Positions 28,040 through 38,400 of a DNA stretch of 64,000 nt are shown piece by piece. A program made the position numbers and the translations under genes. The first letter of the stretch is position 1, and the number at the start of each line of letters is the position of its first letter. The stretch lies in contig JAAZHX010000152.1 in assembly GCA_012510495.1 (NCBI GenBank), positions 14,857-78,856 of the forward strand, in the 5' to 3' direction. Origin of the DNA: Smithella sp. (GTDB lineage Bacteria; Desulfobacterota; Syntrophia; Syntrophales; Smithellaceae). The notes beneath the pieces are model-generated. The model did not search any database and was not told where the DNA came from. It saw only the letters and a list, made by a program, of their open reading frames with translations.

Positions 28040-28060
28040 AAGGATAGCTGATAATTCGGA

Positions 28061-28432
28061 TTAGCCCAAACCAATCATCTTCAAGATCGGGTTGGCAAAC
28101 AGCATGACCAGAGAAATAACCAGCGCGTAAATCGCGACGGATTCGGTCATGGCCATACCGACCATCATGGTCAGCATAACTTTGCCCTGTGCTTCGGGGT
28201 TTCTTCCCACGGCATTGGAAGCGCCGCTGGTTGCCTGACCAAGGCCAAGACCCGCGCCGACTGCGCCGAAGCCGATTGCAATGCCCGCGCCGAGAAGAGC
28301 GCAGCCCAGAACGATGGCTTTGGTATAATCAATGCCTGCTGCCGGAGCTGCTTCGGCAGCCGCGAAAGCAAAGGGAGCGGAAACAAGAATCAACGCGATG
28401 GCCAGTACGGAATATACGAAACTCTTTTTCAT
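28061..28432 (-). CDS. atpE: F-type ATP synthase subunit c with N-terminal signal-peptide-like extension
   Basis: The C-terminal ~85 aa form a typical c-subunit hairpin (GAGIAIGFGAVGAGLGLGQ...RNPE...MAMTESVAIYALVISLVMLFANP). ATG 28432 is preferred: AGGAGG lies 9 nt upstream, whereas ATG 28441 abuts the SD. Confidence 0.9.
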   Translation of the reverse strand: MKKSFVYSVLAIALILVSAPFAFAAAEAAPAAGIDYTKAIVLGCALLGAGIAIGFGAVGAGLGLGQATSGASNAVGRNPEAQGKVMLTMMVGMAMTESVAIYALVISLVMLFANPILKMIGLG

Positions 28433-28652
28433 GAAAAACATCCTCCTGTTTTTAACGAATTGGTTAGGCCGGATTCGTCAAGTATGCTATTTTTCTAACC
28501 TCCTTCCTTTAAATTTTGACGACTACCGGTCATTTGAGTGCTCTTTTAGCGATCAATACCCTGATTGTCAAGCAATATTTACATCCGGATTCGGATAGCT
28601 TTATCCAAAGACCGGCTTGATTTTACGCCGCAGGCAGGATAAAGAAAATTTT

Positions 28653-29120
28653 ATGAATATTTTCAGCACCGGGCAGTTAAAAGCGGCCAGAATTCTGCAA
28701 TCGGACATCCCCCTTTCCCCGAGACCCTTCGCGGCCATTGCCGGGGCCTGCGGATTGACCGGCGATGAGCTGATCGCCTGGATCCGGGACCTCATCCGGC
28801 AGGGTGTCATTCGCAAAGTCACTGCCATTCTACGGCACCAGAAGGCAGGGTACGGGAAAAATGTCCTGGTCGTCTGGTCTGTGCCGCCGGAAGCTCTTGA
28901 CGCCGCGGGCCGCAGGCTGGCGGAGCTGCCGTACATTTCCCACTGTTACGAGCGGAAGCCCTCTTTTGCCGGCCGCTACAATCTCTTTTCCATGCTCCAC
29001 GCGCAGACAAACGACATTTCCGGCCTGCTTCAGGAGATGTCCCGGGAAATTTTCTGCCCTGATTTTCTGCTGCTGGAAAGCCTGGAAGAATACAAAAAAA
29101 CATCTCCGGAGTATTTCTGA
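28653..29120 (+). CDS. siroheme decarboxylase subunit (AhbA/AhbB, NirDLGH family)
   Basis: LRHQKAGYGKNVLVVWSVP...ISHCYERKP...YNLFSMLHA...EEYKKTSPEYF matches the AsnC-like AhbA/B family as I recall it. The stop overlaps the hemL ATG by 1 nt. Confidence 0.7.
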   Translation: MNIFSTGQLKAARILQSDIPLSPRPFAAIAGACGLTGDELIAWIRDLIRQGVIRKVTAILRHQKAGYGKNVLVVWSVPPEALDAAGRRLAELPYISHCYERKPSFAGRYNLFSMLHAQTNDISGLLQEMSREIFCPDFLLLESLEEYKKTSPEYF

Positions 29121-30403
29121 TGAACAAGACTTCCCTCCCTGTGTTTGCCGAAGCCGGCCGTGTGATTGCCGGCGGCGTCAATTCGCCGGTGCGCGCCTGG
29201 AAATCGGTCGGCGGCGACCCGGCGTTCGTGAGCCGCGCCGCGGGCAGCAAGATTTACGATCTCGACGGAAAAGAATACATCGACTACGTTCTCTCCTGGG
29301 GACCGATGATTCTCGGACACGCCCATCCGGACGTGACGGCAGCCGTCTGCGAAGCCGCCCGGAGGGGAACCAGCTTCGGCGCGCCCACGGTGGCGGAAAC
29401 ACAGATGGCCCGGCTGATCAGCGAGGCCATTCCCTCGATGGAGCGCGTGAGAATGACCAGCTCCGGAACGGAAGCCGCCATGACGGCGATTCGTCTGGCC
29501 CGCGGCTGCACGGGCAGAAACAAAATCCTCAAATTTGACGGCTGTTACCACGGCCATGCCGATTCCCTGCTGATCAAGGCCGGCTCCGGCGTCACGACGC
29601 TCGGCATCCCCGGATCACCCGGTATTCCGGAAACGGTGGCCCGCCTGACGCTGAGCCTGCCTTACAATGACATCGGAGCGCTGGAAAAGGCCGTGGCGCT
29701 TTACGCGGATGATCTGGCGGCCGTCATCGTTGAACCGGTGGCGGGCAACATGGGCGTTGTCCTGCCGGAGGAAGGCTTTCTGGAAGCGCTGCGGGACGAG
29801 ACGGCCAGACACGGCGCTCTGCTCATCTTTGACGAGGTGATCACCGGCTTCCGTTTTGCGTTCGGCGGCTATCAGAGATTGGCCCACATTCAGCCGGACC
29901 TGACCTGTCTGGGCAAAATCATCGGCGGGGGTCTGCCGGTGGGCGCCGTAGGCGGGAAAAAAGACATCATGGAGAGACTGGCGCCGTCAGGCGACGTGTA
30001 TCAGGCCGGAACCCTTTCCGGCAATCCGCTGGCCATGAACGCCGGCATAACCACACTTTCAATTTTGATGTCCAAAGCAGACGCTTATGCGGCGCTGGAA
30101 GAAGAAGCCCGCCTCCTCTGCCGGGAAATGGAAAAATTGTTCGCTGGCCGCGGCATCGCCGTCTGTGTCAATCGCGCCTTTTCCATGTTCACCCTGTTTT
30201 TTCAGGAAGGCCCTGTTCGTGATTTGTCTTCCGCCCTGCGATCGGACACGGACCTTTACGCCCGCTTTTTTCACGGGATGATCCAAAACGGCGTCTGGCT
30301 TGCGCCCTCCCAGTTTGAAGCGGGATTCCTGTCCTTCGCCCACACCCGACAGGATACCGACCGGACGCTGTCCGCCGTGGAAAAGACACTGGACAGGCTT
30401 TAG
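29120..30403 (+). CDS. hemL: glutamate-1-semialdehyde 2,1-aminomutase
   Basis: 427 aa; GGVNSPVRAWKSVGG...YVLSWGPMILGHAHP...DEVITGFR...LGKIIGGGLPVGA (PLP lysine region). Confidence 0.95.
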   Translation: MNKTSLPVFAEAGRVIAGGVNSPVRAWKSVGGDPAFVSRAAGSKIYDLDGKEYIDYVLSWGPMILGHAHPDVTAAVCEAARRGTSFGAPTVAETQMARLISEAIPSMERVRMTSSGTEAAMTAIRLARGCTGRNKILKFDGCYHGHADSLLIKAGSGVTTLGIPGSPGIPETVARLTLSLPYNDIGALEKAVALYADDLAAVIVEPVAGNMGVVLPEEGFLEALRDETARHGALLIFDEVITGFRFAFGGYQRLAHIQPDLTCLGKIIGGGLPVGAVGGKKDIMERLAPSGDVYQAGTLSGNPLAMNAGITTLSILMSKADAYAALEEEARLLCREMEKLFAGRGIAVCVNRAFSMFTLFFQEGPVRDLSSALRSDTDLYARFFHGMIQNGVWLAPSQFEAGFLSFAHTRQDTDRTLSAVEKTLDRL

Positions 30404-30504
30404 AAACACCCCTCATCTCCGAATAGATTGACAAGGCTGGGTCAATACGGTAAGAGGTTTTTCCATTTTGTCCAAAGACATCAAGGCAATGAAGGAATCC
30501 GACC

Positions 30505-31824
30505 ATGAACAAAACGCTGACCGCCCAATCTTTTTACGCGGGGAAAAATAAAATCGCCATTGTCGGCCTGGGTTACGTGGGCCTGCCGCTGGCCGCCCAT
30601 CTCTCCAGGCACTTCAAGGTGATCGGCTTTGACATCAGCGAAGCAAACGTCGCGGAACTCAGGAAGGGTCACGACCGCACGATGGAGCTTTCCGACGCCG
30701 AACTGAAGAAGGCAAAAATTACGTTTACCTCCAAACCCGGAGATATAGCGTCCTGCAGGCTCTTCATCGTCGCCGTTCCCACGCCGGTGGATCATTTTCA
30801 TGTCCCCGACCTAAGCGCCCTGGAAAATGCCTCGGCACTCATCGGCAAACACCTGGCCGCCGGCGCCTGCGTGGTGTATGAATCGACGGTGTATCCGGGC
30901 GTGACGGAAGATGTGTGCGTTCCCGTTCTGGAGCGGACTTCCGGACTGAAATTCGGCAGGGATTTTACGGTCGGCTACTCCCCGGAGCGCATCAATCCCG
31001 GCGACAAAATTCATACCGTAAGCAATACGATCAAAATCATTTCCGCCTCCGACACCCCCACGCTGGATCTGCTCGAAGGCATCTACAGCGCGGTGGTCAA
31101 GGTCCGTCTGCACCGGGTTTCCTCCATTAAAGTCGCGGAAGCGGCCAAGGTCATCGAAAACACGCAACGCGACATCAACATCGCGCTGATGAACGAGCTG
31201 GCCATCATTTTCAACAAGATGGGCATCGACACGCTGGAAGTTCTGGAGGCAGCCGGAACCAAGTGGAATTTCCTCAATTTTCGCCCCGGCCTGGTGGGCG
31301 GCCACTGCATCGGCGTGGACCCCTACTACCTGACCTACAAGGCGGAAAGCATCGGCTACCGTCCGGAAGTGATCCTTTCGGGGCGGCGGATCAACGACAA
31401 TATGGGAAAATATATCGCTCAAAAAACGGTCAAGATGCTGATCGCCGCGGACCTTCCGGTCAAAAAATACCGCGTGGCGGTGCTGGGTCTGTCGTTTAAG
31501 GAAAATGTCCCCGATCTGCGCAACACCCGCGTCGTGGACATTATCCGTGAGCTTGGTGACTTTGGCGTGAAGGTTCTGACGCATGATCCGCTGGCCCTTC
31601 CCGAAGAGGTGCGGGAGCACTGCGGCGTCGAGCTTGCTCAGGCCAAAGACCTGAAAGACGTGGACGCCGTCATTCTGGCGGTGGCTCACCGGGAATATAT
31701 GAAATGGGGCCTCGAAAAGATCGCATCGCTGTGCCGCAAAAACCGCGCGATTCTGCTCGACGTCAAATCGGTCTTTGACCCAACCCAGGCGCAGTCTCTG
31801 GGGATTGCATACTGGCGTTTATAA
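30505..31824 (+). CDS. nucleotide-sugar (UDP-N-acetylhexosamine) 6-dehydrogenase, TviB/WbpO-like
   Basis: 439 aa with Rossmann IAIVGLGYVGLPLA and catalytic GLVGGHCIGVDPYY. The substrate cannot be assigned from sequence alone. Confidence 0.8.
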   Translation: MNKTLTAQSFYAGKNKIAIVGLGYVGLPLAAHLSRHFKVIGFDISEANVAELRKGHDRTMELSDAELKKAKITFTSKPGDIASCRLFIVAVPTPVDHFHVPDLSALENASALIGKHLAAGACVVYESTVYPGVTEDVCVPVLERTSGLKFGRDFTVGYSPERINPGDKIHTVSNTIKIISASDTPTLDLLEGIYSAVVKVRLHRVSSIKVAEAAKVIENTQRDINIALMNELAIIFNKMGIDTLEVLEAAGTKWNFLNFRPGLVGGHCIGVDPYYLTYKAESIGYRPEVILSGRRINDNMGKYIAQKTVKMLIAADLPVKKYRVAVLGLSFKENVPDLRNTRVVDIIRELGDFGVKVLTHDPLALPEEVREHCGVELAQAKDLKDVDAVILAVAHREYMKWGLEKIASLCRKNRAILLDVKSVFDPTQAQSLGIAYWRL

Positions 31825-31836
31825 AAAGGAGAAATT

Positions 31837-33832
<1,996 letters not shown>

Positions 33833-33892
33833 ACGGCGGTCATGTTTTTGATTGACTTTGACCACCCTGCGTGTTAAGGAGCCACTCACCAA

Positions 33893-34177
33893 ATGGATAG
33901 CGAGACCAAAAAACTAGGCATCCAGATGGCTTATGCCAGCAGCATCGGCATCGCAATGGTTCTCGCGATTTTTGGCTGCCTCCTTTTAGGAAGCTATCTG
34001 GACCGGAAATTTGATTCCGGCTACGCGTTTACCGTCGTTTTCCTGGTGATCGGAATTTCGGCCGGGTTTCGCAACATCTATGTTTTGATAAAACGAAATT
34101 TCACTGATGAAGACATTATCATCAAGAGATTGAAAAGTGAACCTCATCGCCAAAGACCCGCTCCAAAAAAAACTTGA
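33893..34177 (+). CDS. AtpZ/AtpI-family small membrane protein (putative F0F1-ATPase accessory subunit)
   Basis: 94 aa with two TM helices (ASSIGIAMVLAIFGCLLLGSYLDRKF...FTVVFLVIGISAGF); position at the head of atpI-atpB. Confidence 0.6.
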   Translation: MDSETKKLGIQMAYASSIGIAMVLAIFGCLLLGSYLDRKFDSGYAFTVVFLVIGISAGFRNIYVLIKRNFTDEDIIIKRLKSEPHRQRPAPKKT

Positions 34178-34532
34178 AACGGCCAACTGGGTCATCCTGG
34201 CGGTTCTTTTTATTCCTTCCGTCATTTTTACGCCGGCAAAGTTTTACCTGGGCGTCCTGCTCGGCGGCTTCATCAGCATCCTCAACTTTCACGGCATGGC
34301 GTTCGGCCTGCAAAGACTGTTCAAAAATCTCTCCGGCAACGTCAAACGCCCCACCATGATTCAATATTTCATTCGCCTGGCCCTCACGGCCGTCGTGCTG
34401 TTTTTGCTTCTGACCACCGGTACGGTGGAAGCCGTCGGCCTGGTCATCGGACTTTCCGTGGTCGTGATTAACATGGTTTTTACCGTGATTACCACCCTGG
34501 CAAAAAAAAATTTTATTGAGGAGGTTCGTTAA
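34137..34532 (+). CDS. atpI: ATP synthase protein I
   Basis: 131 aa, four predicted TM helices, immediately upstream of atpB. The only canonical start is GTG 34137, which overlaps the previous gene by 41 nt. Confidence 0.6.
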   Translation: MNLIAKDPLQKKLETANWVILAVLFIPSVIFTPAKFYLGVLLGGFISILNFHGMAFGLQRLFKNLSGNVKRPTMIQYFIRLALTAVVLFLLLTTGTVEAVGLVIGLSVVVINMVFTVITTLAKKNFIEEVR

Positions 34533-34535
34533 CGT

Positions 34536-35189
34536 ATGCACCCTCTACTGTTTCTGGAAAACAGCTACTTTCCGCCTCAGGTCACTTACGGATGGTTTAT
34601 CGTCGTCCTTCTGACGGTGCTTTCCTTCCTGGCCACCCGTAACCTTCAGGTTTATCCGGGCCGGCTGCAAAATGTGATGGAAGTAATCATCGATGGCCTC
34701 CAGAGTCTCTTGATGGAAACCATGGGAGAAAACGGCAAAAAGTTTTTTCCCCTGATCGCCACGCTGGGGCTTTTCATCCTGATCGGCAACCTGATCGGCA
34801 TCATTCCCGGGTTCGAGTCTCCGACGGCCAACATCAATACCAACGCGGCCATGGCGCTGGTCGTTTTCTTCATGACCCACATCGTCGGCGTCAGTACCCA
34901 CGGCATCAAGTACCTCAAGCAGTTTTTGGGACCGGTCTGGTGGCTGATTCCGCTGATGATGCCCATTGAAATCATCAGCCACCTGTCGCGGCCTCTGTCA
35001 CTGACGTTCCGGTTATTCGGCAACATCGCCGGCGAAGACATCGTTCTGCTGGTCGTTCTGCTTCTGGTTCCTCTTCTGGTCCCGCTGCCCATCATGTTTT
35101 TGATGATCTTTACAGCGGTTGTCCAGACGCTGGTTTTCATGCTCCTGGCCATGATGTATATCGGGGGCGCGATGGAGGAAGGACACTGA
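34536..35189 (+). CDS. atpB: F-type ATP synthase subunit a
   Basis: 217 aa; the conserved stator-arginine region [24 protein letters not shown] and C-terminal helices. Confidence 0.9.
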   Translation: MHPLLFLENSYFPPQVTYGWFIVVLLTVLSFLATRNLQVYPGRLQNVMEVIIDGLQSLLMETMGENGKKFFPLIATLGLFILIGNLIGIIPGFESPTANINTNAAMALVVFFMTHIVGVSTHGIKYLKQFLGPVWWLIPLMMPIEIISHLSRPLSLTFRLFGNIAGEDIVLLVVLLLVPLLVPLPIMFLMIFTAVVQTLVFMLLAMMYIGGAMEEGH

Positions 35190-35235
35190 TCCTGGCGGGG
35201 AGTATGAAACCTCCCTCGTAAATATTGGAAGAACA

Positions 35236-35276
35236 AAAAGCAGCTGGCAGCGGACGCGACCGGCTGCTTTTTTTTG
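35236..35276 (+). terminator. rho-independent terminator after atpB
   Basis: GCAGCTGG-(12 nt)-CCGGCTGC (8 bp including one G-U), followed by TTTTTTTT (35268-35275). Confidence 0.7.
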
Positions 35277-35412
35277 CCGGCGGGAATCCATAGTCCTTTA
35301 CTTTTTACAAGGGCGTTGATTTTCAAAGGGATTCAAAAATATTATCCGGAATGCTTGACGATTTCGTAAAATCGTAATACTTCAATCCGCAAGACTTTTT
35401 AGGAGAGAAATC

Positions 35413-38400
35413 ATGTACAGTCTGGGAATCAACGTCGGCTCCTCAAACGTCAAAGCGGCGCTTCTTGCAGACGACCGCATCGTATGGAGCGCCGTGGAGT
35501 CTCATGAAGGCAACTTTCCCGACACGCTCACAAAGCTGCTTTCGGGCCGTATTTTGCCTTCCGGTACTCAAACCCTGGCCACCGGCACCGAAGGACGACA
35601 TCTTTTAAACATCCACAGCGTTATCGAACCGCTCTGCATCGAGGCGGCTCTGCAAAACCGCACGGATTCCATCGATGCGCTCGTCTCTTTAGGCGGCGAA
35701 GATCTGGTGGTCTATACGATCGACAAGAACAACAAAATCATCACCAGTTTTTCCGGCAACAAATGCGCGTCGGGCACCGGTGAATTCTTCAAGCAGCAGC
35801 TGGCCCGGATGAACATGACGCTCGACGACATCCGGCACATCCCGGACGACTGCCGTGTCCTCACGCTTTCCTCGCGCTGTTCGGTCTTCATGAAAAGCGA
35901 CTGCACGCACCGCCTGAACAAGGGCGAAGCCACAACCGGCGATATTGTCCTTTCGTTGAGCGAGGTCATGGCCCTCAAGGTCGCCGATTTCCTGAAGAGG
36001 GCCAAAATTGAAAAGGGGAAAGTTTTGCTGACAGGCGGGGTCACACAAAACCCGTATATTCTGCGCTTCATCCGGGAGCGCATGCCGCAAATCGAATTTA
36101 TAGTCCCCGAACAGGCGCCCTGGTTCGAAGCTTACGGCGCGGCGCTGATGGCCGCTTCCGCAGGCAGTCCGCTCCCGGCACCGGACGCCCTTTTCAAAAA
36201 AAGCTCCGTTTTGTTCAAGCGGTTCAAAAGCCTGAAAAGCGCACAGGGCAGAGTCACCTACCTTCCGTCGCAAAAAGGGAAAGTCATCGCCGGACGTGAG
36301 TATATCCTCGGCGTGGACGGCGGCTCCACCACCACAAAAGCCAGCCTCATCGACTTCGAAACCAGCGAAGTCGCCGCGTCCTTCTACGGACGGACGCACG
36401 GCGACCCGGTGCGCGCGCTCAAAAACTGCCTGAAGGAAATTCAAAAACAGATCCGTGAAGATATCGGCGACGGACAAATCCGCATATCGCTTGCCTGCAC
36501 GACCGGGTCTTCGCGCGAAATCCTCGGCGTTTTTCTGGAAACGCCCGCCGTTTACAACGAAATCATCGCCCACGCCGTCGGCACTTCCTACTACCGCGGC
36601 GATATCGACACGATCTTCGAAATCGGCGGCCAGGATGCCAAGTATGTCCTGCTGAAAAACAAGGTGCCGATCGACTACGCCATGAACGAAGCCTGTTCCG
36701 CGGGAACCGGTTCCTTTCTGGAAGAATCGGCGCAGGGCGATTTGAACATCCCCGAGGCGTCTCAGATCGGCGACATCGCCTTGGCGGCCGACGCGCCGTT
36801 GAAATTCGGCGAGCACTGCTCCGCGTTTATCAATTCCGACATCCGTAACGCTATTCAGCAGGGCGCTTCCCGCGAGGACATCACTGCGGGCATTGTCACC
36901 TCCATCGTGTCGAACTACCTCAACCGGGTGGTGGGCAACCGGACGATCGGGCAAAACATTGTTCTGCAGGGCGGTGTCGCCAAAAACAAGGCAGTGCCTC
37001 TGGCTTTCGCGATGCTTCTGGACAAGAACATTCTGGTGCCGCCCGACCCAGAACTGATGGGATGCTTCGGCGTCGGCCTCCTGGCCCGGCAGAAATTTGC
37101 CGAAGGGTTTCTGACCAAACAGGCCTATGATCTCGACGCGATTCTGGCCACAAACATCGTTTATGAAAAGGAATTTCCGTGCAAGGCCTGCGATAACTTC
37201 TGCCCGATCCGCGTGCTTGTCGTCAACGGCCACAAATACATGTTCGGCGGGCGCTGCAATAAATACGCGAATCTCCGGAAGAAAAAAGCGTTCGACGAAG
37301 CCTCCGTGACGGATTACATCGAAAAACGAAACGACATTCTCTTTGGGGAATGCGCCCCCGACCCGGCCGCGCTTACCCGCAAAAAAGACGTTATCATCGG
37401 CATCCCCCGCTGTTTCTCCATTTACACCCTCTGGCCGCTTTATTCCTGGTTCTTCCATTCGTTGGGCGTGGAGACCCTCCTGTCCCGGGAAATCCCGCAG
37501 GAAGGGGCGGCCCGGGTGGAAAGCAGCTACTGCTTCCCGGCTGAAATCGCGCACGGCGCGGTCCAGGACATTTTCAACCGGAAGGTGGACTTCATCTTTC
37601 TGCCCCATTTCCGGGACATGGAGAGTTATGAAAAAACGGCGCCCGCCAATTTCTGTCCCATCACGCAGGGACTGCCCTACTACATCCAAAAAGCTTTCCC
37701 CGAAATTCCAGCCGAAAAATACCTGACGCCGGTCGTCAGCTTCATGTACGGGCTGGAAAAGGCCGCCGAACCGTTTGTCGCCATGGCGGCGGATCTGGGG
37801 TTCGGCGAGACAGAGGCGAAAAAGGCCTTTGCCGTCGCCTATGAAAAGCAGATGGAGTGCTTTGCCAAATTCACCGAGCTGGGGAAACAGGCGATCGAGG
37901 ACGCACGCAAGGCACAAAGGCCCGTCATCGCGATTCTGGGCCGCCCCTACAACTCCTTCACCGGCGACGCCAACATGGGCATTCCCCGAAAATACACTTC
38001 CCGCGGGTATTCGGTTATCCCCTTCGACATTCTGCCGTTTGCCGACCAGCCCATTTACCCCAACATGTACTGGTACTACGGCCAGCAGGACATGAAGTCC
38101 GGCACCCTGCTGAAAAACGAAGACAACATCTACATTACCTTCATTTCCAATTTCTCCTGCGCGCCCGATTCTTTCATGCTGCATTATCTGAAGTGGATCA
38201 TGGGCGCGAAGCCGTTTCTGATTCTGGAGCTGGATTCCCACACGGCGGACGCCGGCGTGGACACGCGCATCGAGGCGTTTCTGGACATCATCGAAGGCTA
38301 CCGCACCAAAATCGACGACATCCGCGAGGAACGCTACGACAACGGCCTGCGCTTCATCAACCGCCCCGGCGAGGAAATCCACATTCTCAACCGCGCCACC

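Noticed and set aside
28061-28432. Na+-binding signature in the c subunit (Q in helix 1; E-S-x-x-x-Y in helix 2)
   Set aside because: The same residues occur in c subunits known to be H+-coupled (for example the cyanobacterial type, as I recall). The Thr of the Ilyobacter-type E-S-T motif is Val here. Ion specificity therefore cannot be inferred from the sequence.
28804-29538. 244-aa plus-strand ORF overlapping the ahbA/B-like gene and hemL in another frame
   Set aside because: The translation is extremely Arg/Ser/Pro-rich (RRQ..., RSRR...). Both overlapped genes have strong family signatures in their own frames.
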